NCBI GenBank assembly: GCA_002269645.1
Contig: NIVC01001961.1
Span: forward strand, 1-64,000
DNA length: 64,000 nucleotides
Direction of reading: 5' to 3'
From: Macrostomum lignano
Lineage: Eukaryota
Shown piece by piece: positions 46,101 to 56,183 of the stretch. The notes beneath the pieces were generated by a model that did no database searches, was not told where the DNA came from, and saw only the letters and a program-made list of their open reading frames with translations. The position numbers and the translations under genes are program-made. The first letter of the stretch is position 1. The number at the start of each line of letters is the position of its first letter.

Positions 46101-46288
46101 CGAAGATGACGAGCCCGGACTCGCATTGAAAGCAGAGCAGCCTGATAATGGGGGAGAGTCTGGACAGAGCTCAGATGATGATGCCGACACTGTCCAGCCT
46201 CTGGTGGCGGCTTCAGCAAAGCAAGAGGAAGCCTCAGCGGTGCCAGTCGAAACTCTGCAAACTTCTGCGCCTGGAAACAATCAGAAAA

Positions 46289-46334
<46 letters not shown>

Positions 46335-46974
46335 ACAGCTGGTGAAGCGGGGTCAGCGCTCCAAGCTGAAAAAGATGCAGGCCAAATACAAGGACCAGGA
46401 CGAAGAGGACAGGCGGCTGGCTATGAGCCTGCTGCAGAGCGGCGGCAAGAAGCAGCAGCAACAGCAGCAAAAGCAGCAGCAGCAGCAGAAGCAGCAATCA
46501 AAGCAGAAGCAAAAGCAACAGCAACAGCAGAAGCAAAGACAGCAGCAGCAGCCGCCCCAGCCGCAGCCTCCAGCGGCTGTCGCAGTCGCCGCCGAGGATC
46601 ATCTGTTCGACGACGCAGACGACGACGAAGAGGCAGGCGCCGCCTCAGGCGCTGGCGGTCCCGGCGCCCAGGACCGCGAATTGCTGGAGTCCCTGACTGG
46701 CCAGCCGCTGCCAGACGACATTCTGCTGTTCGCCATACCCGTGTGCGCGCCCATCGGCACCCTGGCCTCTTACAAGTTCAAAGCCAAGCTGACCCCGGGC
46801 ACGACCAAGCGAGGCAGAGCCGTCAAGACCGCCCTGGCCGTGTTCACCTCCGACAAGTCGTGCAGCCGCGCGGAGCGCGACCTCATGCGCGCAGTGAAGG
46901 ACAATGACCTGTGCTGCAACCTGCCCGGCAAAGTCAAGCTGTCTCTGGCTGGAGTGACTAAGCAGAAAAAATGA
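40178..46974 (+). CDS. NEMF: Ribosome quality-control factor NEMF/Rqc2 (NFACT); one apparent -1 shift at ~44437
   Basis: Exons: 40178-40318 (MKARFTTLDI..RVSNVYDI), 40997-41794 (LLFESGIRLH..PSGFSMKLRKHIKNKRLE..GIDRIV..ELYDKGN), 43460-43768, 44383-44618, 45145-46974 (WFEKFYWFVSSENY..GGRDQQQNE..YVHADLHGA..KVAPTGEYL..GSFMIRGKKNFLP; C-terminal LTGQP..AIPVCAP..YKFKAKLTPGTTKRG). Confidence 0.96.
40465..40960. repeat. 21-bp minisatellite (GGAATCGCCCTCTAATCTTTA) in NEMF intron 1
   Basis: Tandem unit read directly. Confidence 0.93.
41828..43378. repeat. 26-bp minisatellite (CCCATACCCCAATACCATCCCCGAAT) in NEMF intron 2
   Basis: C-rich array with a ~727-bp higher-order duplication. Confidence 0.95.
43797..44310. 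repeat. 28-bp minisatellite (GTTGCTGGGCCAGCCTCCCAGATCCTCA) in NEMF intron 3
   Basis: Tandem unit read directly. Confidence 0.93.
44620..45105. repeat. GTGGGATT-based degenerate array in NEMF intron 4
   Basis: Begins at the splice donor itself (AAG|GTGGGATT). Confidence 0.9.
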
Positions 46975-47189
46975 TTATGCTTCATTTTCATATTTGACTT
47001 GTACAGGCTCTACTGATGTTGAGAATCGCCCTCTACACCCTGGTGAATTTTTGTTTGCGTCGGTATCTGGCTCATTCGTTTCCTTTATCGCAATGCAGAT
47101 TAATGGACACTGTCAATTCTGTCCGAGCCAAGGACTACTAAAAGTAGAAGGACGGAAAACCTCGTTTCTTAGAAAATTTTAGAATAGGC

Positions 47190-47459
47190 AGAATTGGGAC
47201 ATGTGCAACCGACAGCTCAGCCGCAGCTATTGCGCGGCGCATCTGAAGGCTGCGTACGGCTGTTCAGTCCAAGGACTGGGGGGGGGGTCGCCACACACGC
47301 CCTCAATTACCCCAGCTAATGCTGGCACCCATTTGAACTGAAGCAATTCAAAGTTAAGTGTCTTGCTCAAGGACACAATTTGTTCCGAGTGGGATCGGGA
47401 ATCGAACCCCCGATCTTCCAGTCGTGAGTCAGACGCTCTAACCACTGGGCTACAACCCC
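47190..47459 (-). mobile_element. tRNA-derived SINE with CORE-like body
   Basis: Minus strand: A box TAGCCCAGTGG, B box GGTTCGATTCC, degenerate anticodon stem. Continues into GTGTCCTTGAGCAAGACACTTAAC, which resembles the CORE-SINE/MIR core. 3' boundary approximate. Confidence 0.75.
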
Positions 47460-47829
47460 ATTTGTACCATTTTTATGATTATTAGGCACCGTACATACTC
47501 GTATACCGGTGCAAGTCGGCATTTAAACCTAGGATATAAAGTTAACATAGAATTTCTATTTTCTAAATGAAGAGCTTTATAAATATCAATGAGAGCCTAA
47601 GAAATGTAGTTTTCCTCCTACTACTTGAGCAGTCCTTGGTCTGATTCTGTGCGCTGCAGTGGCGCATAAATAAATAAAATCAACTCTAGTTACCAAGTTT
47701 CTGTATTTTGTAGAAATTATCGTGGCTGTTTGTCCTCAGATGTAAAAATTCGCTATTGAGAAATCAGTGTTTATTTATTTACTATAGAAACTACTACTTA
47801 TACTATAGCATGCAACTACTGTGCAAAAT

Positions 47830-48291
47830 CTACGGCACAAAGTGCAGTCTGCAATTGTCAGCCATTGGTTTCGGCGCCAGCACCCTGGCGCCAAGGCAAG
47901 CGCCAACTGCGGCCATCACGGCTCCCCTCCGCCTGGCCTTGCACTCGAGGTTCTTGTAGCTCGGGCCGCTCGGCCGGCCGTGGCTGGACTCGCAGACCAG
48001 CTCTGTGAAAATCCCTGTTGCCGGATGTCCGGTCTGGCACAGCCGGCTGCCGCAGGCCTCCCTGCGTAACGGGGTGCAGCTCAGCAGCGTCTTCTGCCTC
48101 CGCCAGGCGCTCCTGTTCCACACCGCGAAGTCGGCGCCGTCTCGCTCTGGAAGCGCCAGCGCGCCACCCGTGCTGAGCAGTTCAGCAAACTGCGGACAGT
48201 CCTGCAGGATTCTGGAGCGCAGGTCCGCGGAGGCGTTGACCGCTGCCAGCAAGTGCGCGATGATCAGCAATGTCACTAGGCCTGCGGACAT
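47830..48291 (-). CDS. Small secreted cysteine-rich protein, paralog 1 (153 aa, intronless)
   Basis: Hydrophobic signal peptide (MSAGLVTLLIIAHLLAAVNA), TATAAAA ~65 bp upstream, AATAAA at ~47771-47780 on the minus strand. Clear similarity to the 49756-50208 ORF. Confidence 0.8.
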   Translation of the reverse strand: MSAGLVTLLIIAHLLAAVNASADLRSRILQDCPQFAELLSTGGALALPERDGADFAVWNRSAWRRQKTLLSCTPLRREACGSRLCQTGHPATGIFTELVCESSHGRPSGPSYKNLECKARRRGAVMAAVGACLGARVLAPKPMADNCRLHFVP

Positions 48292-48354
48292 TGTTGCTTG
48301 TCAGTTGGATTCTTCTCTTTCTGAGTTGTCTTCGTGTCTTGCCAGCTGGCTTGC

Positions 48355-48361
48355 TTTTATA
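48355..48361 (-). promoter_or_regulatory. TATA box of secreted paralog 1
   Basis: Minus strand GTGTATAAAAGC, ~65 bp upstream of the ATG. Confidence 0.55.
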
Positions 48362-49249
48362 CACAAACCTGATGTTCGCAGCAACTGTAACACTTCCTGT
48401 AACGCGTAATCTGCGTCACTGACACATGATCCGCGGGTAGAAAAATTACCTGCCAGGTAGTAGTAGCCCGGGTGTCATTGTTCCTGTGAGTCCTTCCTAA
48501 TCTCTAGGCGTTCTATCGTCCATATTCTAAAAATTCGAATGCTAAAAATAGAAGCGAACACTTCAACACTTGGGCAGACTGCGCGTACTGAGTGCTGTTC
48601 TAAATTTATCTGAGCAGCTTGAGCTGCGGTGTTTTGCTGTGCTGAGCTTATGGCGACGGCAAGCCCAACTCAGTTGAAGGGCATGAATCAGAAGATGGAA
48701 GTCAGTGATGACGGAGAATGGAGGTTTCCATTTTTTCAGCACCAAAATTTTTATTGCTTTTGATAGCGAGCAGACCCATCTTGCTTAGCTTACGATATAA
48801 GTAATAATTTTATCAGCTTCACATTCAGTAAGCGAGCCTTTATTAAAGTAGAATTAAAAGGATTTAATTATATATTGGGCTAATATAGGCCATACTTATG
48901 AATAGAAGCCTGGTCTAGTCAATGTGTCTCATTTATCTGAATGCAAAATCAACCAGCTAAGCTTGATAAAAAGATGGAAAAACAAACGAATCACATTGAA
49001 AAGTTTTATTTTTAAGGCACAGGGCGTATCCGTAAGATATAAAATTTATATAGAATCCGAATTCTGCAAAATCTCTATGAATACTTAATACAGCTCTTTA
49101 AGAAAGGCAAGTCACATCAAAAGATGGACATTGGGTCTGCCATCAAAACAAATCAAAATCAAAACCTAACCCTAAACCTTCATACTCCGATGTACGAGTA
49201 CCGGTAAATCTGCCTCATAAAAACTTCCAGAGTTGTCCTTGGTGGTAGC

Positions 49250-49490
49250 ACATTGAAAAGTCAGATGGAAGTCAGCAGTGACACATTGAAAAGTCAGATG
49301 GAAGTCAGCAGTGACACATTGAAAAGTCAGATGGAAGTCAGCAGTGACACATTGAAAAGTCGGATGGAAGTCAGCAGTGACATTGAAAAGTCGGATGGAA
49401 GTCAGCAGTGACACATTGAAAAGTCAGATGGAAGTCAGCAGTGACATTGAAAAGTCAGATGGAGGTAAGCAGTGACACATTGAAAAGTCA
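49250..49490. repeat. 33-bp minisatellite (GACACATTGAAAAGTCAGATGGAAGTCAGCAGT)
   Basis: About 7 copies between the secreted paralogs. Confidence 0.92.
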
Positions 49491-49755
49491 GGAAATTCGG
49501 AAGTGAGGCAGTGAAACTTCGTATCAAATAAAATTTCTGATTGAAGCAGACACTTCTACAGACTTTGAGATGCTCCAATTTGCTGGCAGTTAAAAAAGTG
49601 AACTCAATTCAGTTTTAAAAAAATTGGATTGTAATGCAACTACTGACAATCTACTGTGTAGGTCAAGTGCAAGCATGTATTTTATCATTTAGCATTTAAA
49701 TAAATCTCGAAGAACATGCAGACATTCACACAAGCGCGGGGCGGACAGCAAGATT

Positions 49756-50208
49756 TCAGTCAGAATTCTCAGCAAGGCGCAGGTTGCAGTCTCCGGCCAT
49801 GGCTCTCGGCGCCAACACCCTGGCGCCAAGGCAAGCGCCAATCGCGGCCAGCACGTGGCGCCTCGGCCTGGAGCTGCACCGGAAGGATCCGTACTGCGTC
49901 GCGGGGCTGGAGCCACCGGGGCAGGCCACCTCCTCGTATTCGCCACTGCCCACCAGCGGGTGCGCCACTCTCCGCCGCCGGCTGTTGCAGGCGTCCTTGT
50001 GGATCAGCCGGACGCTCCTCGGCTGCCTCGCCTCCTTCCAGGTGCCGCTGGTCCAGACGGCTCCTCCGTTCGGCCGCAGGTCTAATGCTGCACCTGTGCT
50101 GAGCAGCTCGGCGAACTGCGGGCACTCCTGCTTGATGCGGAGCCGCAGGTCGCATGTCGCCAGCGTTGACAGAGCAACGAAAGTCAGGTAGCCGAGCATG
50201 TGGCGCAT
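49756..50208 (-). CDS. Small secreted cysteine-rich protein, paralog 2 (150 aa from ATG 50208, intronless)
   Basis: MRHMLGYLTFVALSTLATC signal peptide. Shares CPQFAELLSTG and GACLGARVLAP blocks and six Cys positions with paralog 1. The longer ORF-track call from 50487 starts upstream of the TATA box. Confidence 0.8.
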   Translation of the reverse strand: MRHMLGYLTFVALSTLATCDLRLRIKQECPQFAELLSTGAALDLRPNGGAVWTSGTWKEARQPRSVRLIHKDACNSRRRRVAHPLVGSGEYEEVACPGGSSPATQYGSFRCSSRPRRHVLAAIGACLGARVLAPRAMAGDCNLRLAENSD

Positions 50209-50310
50209 CTTGAGTTGGTCTGCTCTGCAAGGTAGAGAAACTTGTTCGGAGTTCTTGAGCTGCGAGTTGGCTGCTGAGGTCGGAGGAGATCGTGGCCCGC
50301 ATGGTCCTGT

Positions 50311-50317
50311 ATTTATA
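50311..50317 (-). promoter_or_regulatory. TATA box of secreted paralog 2
   Basis: Minus strand CCTATAAATAC, ~100 bp upstream of the ATG. Confidence 0.55.
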
Positions 50318-50662
50318 GGCTGGGCCAAACCAGCCCAGATCCTTGATGGCGGCCAAAAATCAGGAATTAATTCAAGTCTCCCCGGATGCTGCGCAAGTTT
50401 TTTATATTGTAAAATGATGGCATGCGTGTCGCTAGCCCGAATCTGCCATTGGCCGAGCGAGTCGGAGACTACTAAAAACATATGCAACCTGGAGTTGGCG
50501 GAACCGACTGAGTGAAAAATAATTACCCAGAGTTAGCGGCAATTCAGGAAGCTGAAAATTGCTTAAAGAAAGTTTTTTTTATATTTGAATCAGTAATAAA
50601 TCTGATATTCAGGTGTGGATTTTTGATTGGGATAATAATAGGGATATACTAATAGGGATCGC

Positions 50663-50880
50663 CGATGGGGGCACCGATGGGGCGCCGATGGGGCGCCGAT
50701 AAGGGCGCTAATTGGTGGCGCCGATGGGGGCGCCGATGGGGGCGCCGATGGGGGCACCTATGGGGGCGCTGATGGGGCGCCGATAAGGGTGCTAATTGGT
50801 GGCGCCGATGGGGGCACCTATGGGGGCGCTGATGGGGCGCCGATAAGGGTGCTAATTGGTGGCGCCGATGTGGGCGCTGA
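50663..50880. repeat. ~11-bp GC-rich minisatellite (GGGGCGCCGAT)
   Basis: Tandem unit read directly. Confidence 0.88.
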
Positions 50881-51564
50881 TGCCCACGTATTTTCCGCTC
50901 TTTTCAGTTGGGTAATTTAAAAATTTGTAAATTAACAAATCTTTATTGCCTACCCTATAAGCATCTTTGATAAGTTTTTTCTTTCCATTCCGAGCTTCTC
51001 TATCTAGAAGTCTTTGCGTCAATGTAGCTTTTTTTATGAAATCTGCATTGTTACCTTGTCTGTTTGACTGTTGCCGCAAAGCGGTTTATGACCGGCAGTG
51101 AGTCACTTGAGCGTCTCGTCCCACCCCCCTCTCCTTTCTGTTTAGCCTCTGGTTGCGGAACAAGTTATTGCAACTGCTACAAGGGTAATAGTGGATGCAA
51201 TAAAACCGTAGCTTTGTGTTCGTCCGGCACCTTCTTTGCGACTGCGCGAAGCCGGGTGCGAGTCAGCTTCTCAGCTTCACGCGATGCGGACGGACACTGA
51301 AGCGACTTTCTTAGATGAGGATGTACAGATAGAGCCTTTTTATATAAATTATTTTTAAGGTCACTAGTACTGGCGTCCTCACCTAAGTTATTGTATAATG
51401 CCTGATTTATTGAGGAACTAGGGGGGGGGGGAGGGGCAGCTCGCTACCCGACAATTCGAAATGAAACAAACGACCTGCCTTGAGACTTGAGTGCAATTTT
51501 GAGGACTCGAGTGCACATCTCAGCATTCCAGATGCGTCGGATGGCGCTGAATGGGGAGCTCAGG

Positions 51565-52390
51565 TGTGTTAGATATGTTAGACATGGAGTTCCACCTGTT
51601 AGATACAACGAGTGTGTGTTAGACATGTTAGACATGGAGTTTCACCTGTTAGATTCAACAAGGGTGTGTTAGACATGTTAGACATGGAGTTTCACCTGTT
51701 AGATTCAACAGGGGTGTGTTAGACATGTTAGACATGGAGTTTCACCTGTTAGATACAACAGGTGTGTTAAACATGTTAGTCATGGAATTATATCTGTTAG
51801 ATACAGCAGGTGTGTGTGTGTTAGACATGTTAGACATGTTAAACATGGAATTCCATCTGTTAGATACAGCAGGCGTGTGTTAGACATGTTAGACATGGAA
51901 TTCCATCTGCTAGATATAGCAGGCGTGTGTTAGACATGTTAGACATGGAATTCCACCTGTTAGATATAGCAGGCATGTGTTAGACATGTTAGACATGGAA
52001 TTCCACCTGCTAGATATAGCAGGCGTGTGTTAGACATGTTAGACATGGAATTCCACCTGCTAGATATAGCAGGCGTGTGTTAGACATGTTAGACATGGAA
52101 TTCCATCTGCTAGATATAGCAGGCGTGTGTTAGACATGTTAGACATGGAATTCCACCTGTTAGATATAGCAGGCATGTGTTAGACATGTTAGACATGGAA
52201 TTCCACCTGCTAGATATAGCAGGCGTGTGTTAGACATGTTAGACATGGAATTCCACCTGCTAGATATAGCAGGCGTGTGTTAGACATGTTAGACATGGAA
52301 TTCCATCTGCTAGATATAGCAGGCGTGTGTTAGACATGTTAGACATGGAATTCCACCTGCTAGATATAGCACGCGTGTGTTAGACATGCT
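51565..52390. repeat. 50-bp minisatellite (GTGTGTTAGACATGTTAGACATGGAATTCCACCTGCTAGATATAGCAGGC)
   Basis: Period 50 checked at 51901/51951. Confidence 0.93.
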
Positions 52391-52744
52391 AGACTTAAAA
52401 TTTGTGCTTTTTTACATGCTTATATTTCCTTTGGTATGCACCTCAAAGGCACCAAATTATTGCACTGACACCCTTAATAAATCTTGCAAAAAGAAGTTGC
52501 AGTTTAACTTGCTTACTATAAGTAGGCGCAATTGGCATGTTACGAGTATATTTGTTATGGGCATTCGATGTGAAAAAGCAATGAGCTGTTATTTGACGGC
52601 TGTCAACATTGACAAAGAGTGGCGGAGAACGAAATGCGTGTAGGTGAGAGGTGAGATAGGAGGTGATATGAGAGACGGAACTGGGAAAGGTTGGAGACCT
52701 GTGCGAGCGAGGGGTGGAAAGAGGATAGGAGAGGGATGGGGCTG

Positions 52745-53303
52745 TGGGGTAGAGGGGGCATTGGGAGTAGAGGGGCAGTGGGAGTAGAGGAGGCAGTGGG
52801 AGTAGAGGGAGGCAGTGGGAGTAGAGGGGGCATTGGGAGTAGAGGGGGCAGTGGGAGTAGAGAGGGCAGTGGGAGTAGAGGGAGGCAGTGGGAGTAGAGG
52901 GGCAGTGGGAGTGGGAGTAGAGGGGGCAGTGGGAGTAGAGGGGGCAGTGGGAGTAGAGGGAGGCAGTGGGAGTAGAGGGGCAGTGGGAGTAGAGGGGGCA
53001 GTGGGAGTAGAGGGAGGCAGTGGGAGTAGAGGGGGCAGTGGGAGTAGAGGGGCAGTGGGAGTAGAGGGGGCAGTGGGAGTAGAGAGGGCAGTGGGAGTAG
53101 AGGGGCAGTGGGAGTAGAGGGGGCAGTGGGAGTAGAGGGAGGCAGTGGGAGTAGAGGGGGGCAGTGGGAGTAGAGGGAGGCAGTGGGAGTAGAGGGGGCA
53201 GTGGGAGTAGAGGGGGCAGTGGGAGTAGAGGGGGGCAGTGGGAGTAGAGGGGGGCAGTGGGAGTAGAGGGGGCAGTGGGAGTAGAGGGGGCAGTGGGAGT
53301 AGA
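52745..53303. repeat. ~18-bp G-rich minisatellite (GGGAGTAGAGGGGGCAGT)
   Basis: Tandem unit read directly. Confidence 0.95.
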
Positions 53304-53639
53304 GTGAAGGTAGGAGAAGAACGAATAGAAAGTGTGAGAATTTGGGATTAGAAATAAAAATTTAGCGGATTTAAAGAACGCAACAATTATAATTACAACC
53401 TTGGATCTCTTTCCGCTAAAATTGAATTTGCTCAAGAGATATTCAAGCGAATTAGTTTTTGAAAGAACTCAAACATTGTTAGAATCGTGCCATTTTCATC
53501 TTTTACCTGTCTTTCTGTATAAGTGCGCAATTTTTGAATTTGGTATTCCCAAGTTATCCCAAGAGAACAGCTAGCTTGAGGATCAAACCAAAACTATTAT
53601 TTTTTATCAGAATCATCTAAAAAGCATATTAGTAGCATT

Positions 53640-54995
53640 TGGCGCCGAATTTTAGTAGAATTCAGCGTCAAGTATTTCTTGCATTTAGCGCCAAATATTA
53701 GTAGCATTTAGCTCCAAATATTAGTAGCATTTAGCTCCAAATATTAGTAGCATTTAGCGCCAAGAATTAGTTGCATTTAGCTCCAAATATTAGTAGCATT
53801 TAGCGCCAAATATTAGTAGCATTTAGCGCCAAGAATCGGTAGCATTTAGCTCCAAATATTAGTAGCATTTAGCGCCAAGAATTAGTTGCATTTAGCTCCA
53901 AATATTAGTAGCATTTAGCGCCAAATATTAGTAGCATTTAGCGCCAAGAATCGGTAGTATTTAGCTCCAAATATTAGTAGCATTTAGCGCCAAGAATTAG
54001 TTGCATTTAGCGCCAAGAGTTAGTAGCATGTAGCGCCAAGAATTAGTTGCATTTAGCGCCAAGAGTTAGTAGCATTTAGCGCCAAGAATTAGTTGCATTT
54101 AGCGCCAAGAGTTAGTTGCATTTAGCGCCAAGAGTTAGTAGCATTTAGCGCCAAGAATTAGTTGCATTTAGCGCCAAGAGTTAGTAGCATTTAGCGCCAA
54201 GAGTTAGTTGCATTTAGCGCCAAGAATTAGTAGCATTTAGCGCCAAGAATTAGTTGCATTTAGCGCCAAGAGTTAGTAGCATTTAGCGCCAAGAGTTAGT
54301 AGCATTTAGCGCCAAGAATTAGTAGCATTTAGCGCCAAGAATTAGTTGCATTTAGCGCCAAGAATTAGTTGCATTTAGCGCCAAGAATTAGTTGCATTTA
54401 GCGCCAAGAGTTAGTTGCATTTAGCGCCAAGAGTTAGTAGCATTTAGCGCCAAGAGTTAGTTGCATTTAGCGCCAAGAATTAGTAGCATTTAGCGCCAAG
54501 AATTAGTTGCATTTAGCGCCAAGAGTTAGTAGCATTTAGCGCCAAGAGTTAGTTGCATTTAGCGCCAAGAGTTAGTAGCATTTAGCGCCAAGAGTTAGTA
54601 GCATTTAGCGCCAAGAATTAGTTGCATTTAGCGCCAAGAGTTAGTAGCATTTAGCGCCAAGAGTTAGTTGCATTTAGCGCCAAGAGTTAGTAGCATTTAG
54701 CGCCAAGAATTAGTAGCATTTAGCGCCAAGAATTAGTTGCATTTAGCGCCAAGAATTAGTTGCATTTAGCGCCAAGAATTAGTTGCATTTAGCGCCAAGA
54801 GTTAGTTGCATTTAGCGCCAAGAGTTAGTAGCATTTAGCGCCAAGAGTTAGTTGCATTTAGCGCCAAGAATTAGTAGCATTTAGCGCCAAGAATTAGTTG
54901 CATTTAGCGCCAAGAGTTAGTAGCATTTAGCGCCAAGAGTTAGTTGCATTTAGCGCCAAGAGTTAGTAGCATTTAGCGCCAAGAGTTAGTTGCAT
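53640..54995. repeat. 23-bp minisatellite (GCATTTAGCGCCAAGARTTAGTW)
   Basis: Long, homogeneous tandem array. Confidence 0.96.
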
Positions 54996-55534
54996 GAGAT
55001 GTTACTTAGGCGCATTCCAGTAAGCTGTCGAATAGAATACTTCATAGCATTTCGGATGCAAATACAATGATGACTTTCAATGATGCACTTTATGCACTTT
55101 ATTAATCAATAATTTCGGATATAGCATCCAGATAAGAGTATACACACATTGAGTACTTATGCACTAAGATATTATCACAATCAAAAGTACAAGGCAGTCA
55201 GCGTTATGCCTTTTAGTACAATAAAGAGCCACTCAAGCCACTCAATCCAAGAGGGTAAACCAAGACGCACAATAATTTTAGGCAGTTTATCATCCTCTGC
55301 AGTTGCCACGTCGTGTGCTGAGCAGGCGAAAGGTTATGAATATTAAACAAAGGGCCCGGAGCTGATGCAGGGGCTTCTCAGCCATCAACTTTGACATCAA
55401 TCGAGTGGGCCGGAATCTGACCGCGATGCAATCAATGCCTTCGCTCTGTTGCAGAGCAGCGTAGAGTGACCGAGCCTTGTGAGCTTGTTTGAGCATTAGG
55501 AATGGGAGCGATTGGAGTCAGATTTATGGACACA

Positions 55535-56040
<506 letters not shown>

Positions 56041-56183
56041 CAGTGTGGAGGTACAAGAGCAACTGCAGCTCAAGCAGATTAGTTTAATTAGTTCTCTAAA
56101 CCCAATAAAAAAGTTAGAAGTATTAAACAAATTTGTCCTCCGATACAAACGCTAGAGCCAAACAGTTAGTGTGCTCAGGCTGC

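Noticed and set aside
47385-47459. tRNA gene (CAC anticodon)
   Set aside because: Anticodon and acceptor stems pair poorly and the sequence continues into a SINE-like body; annotated as a SINE.
49756-50487. 243-aa version of secreted paralog 2
   Set aside because: The extra N-terminus runs through the TATA box region; ATG 50208 gives a signal peptide and a length matching paralog 1.
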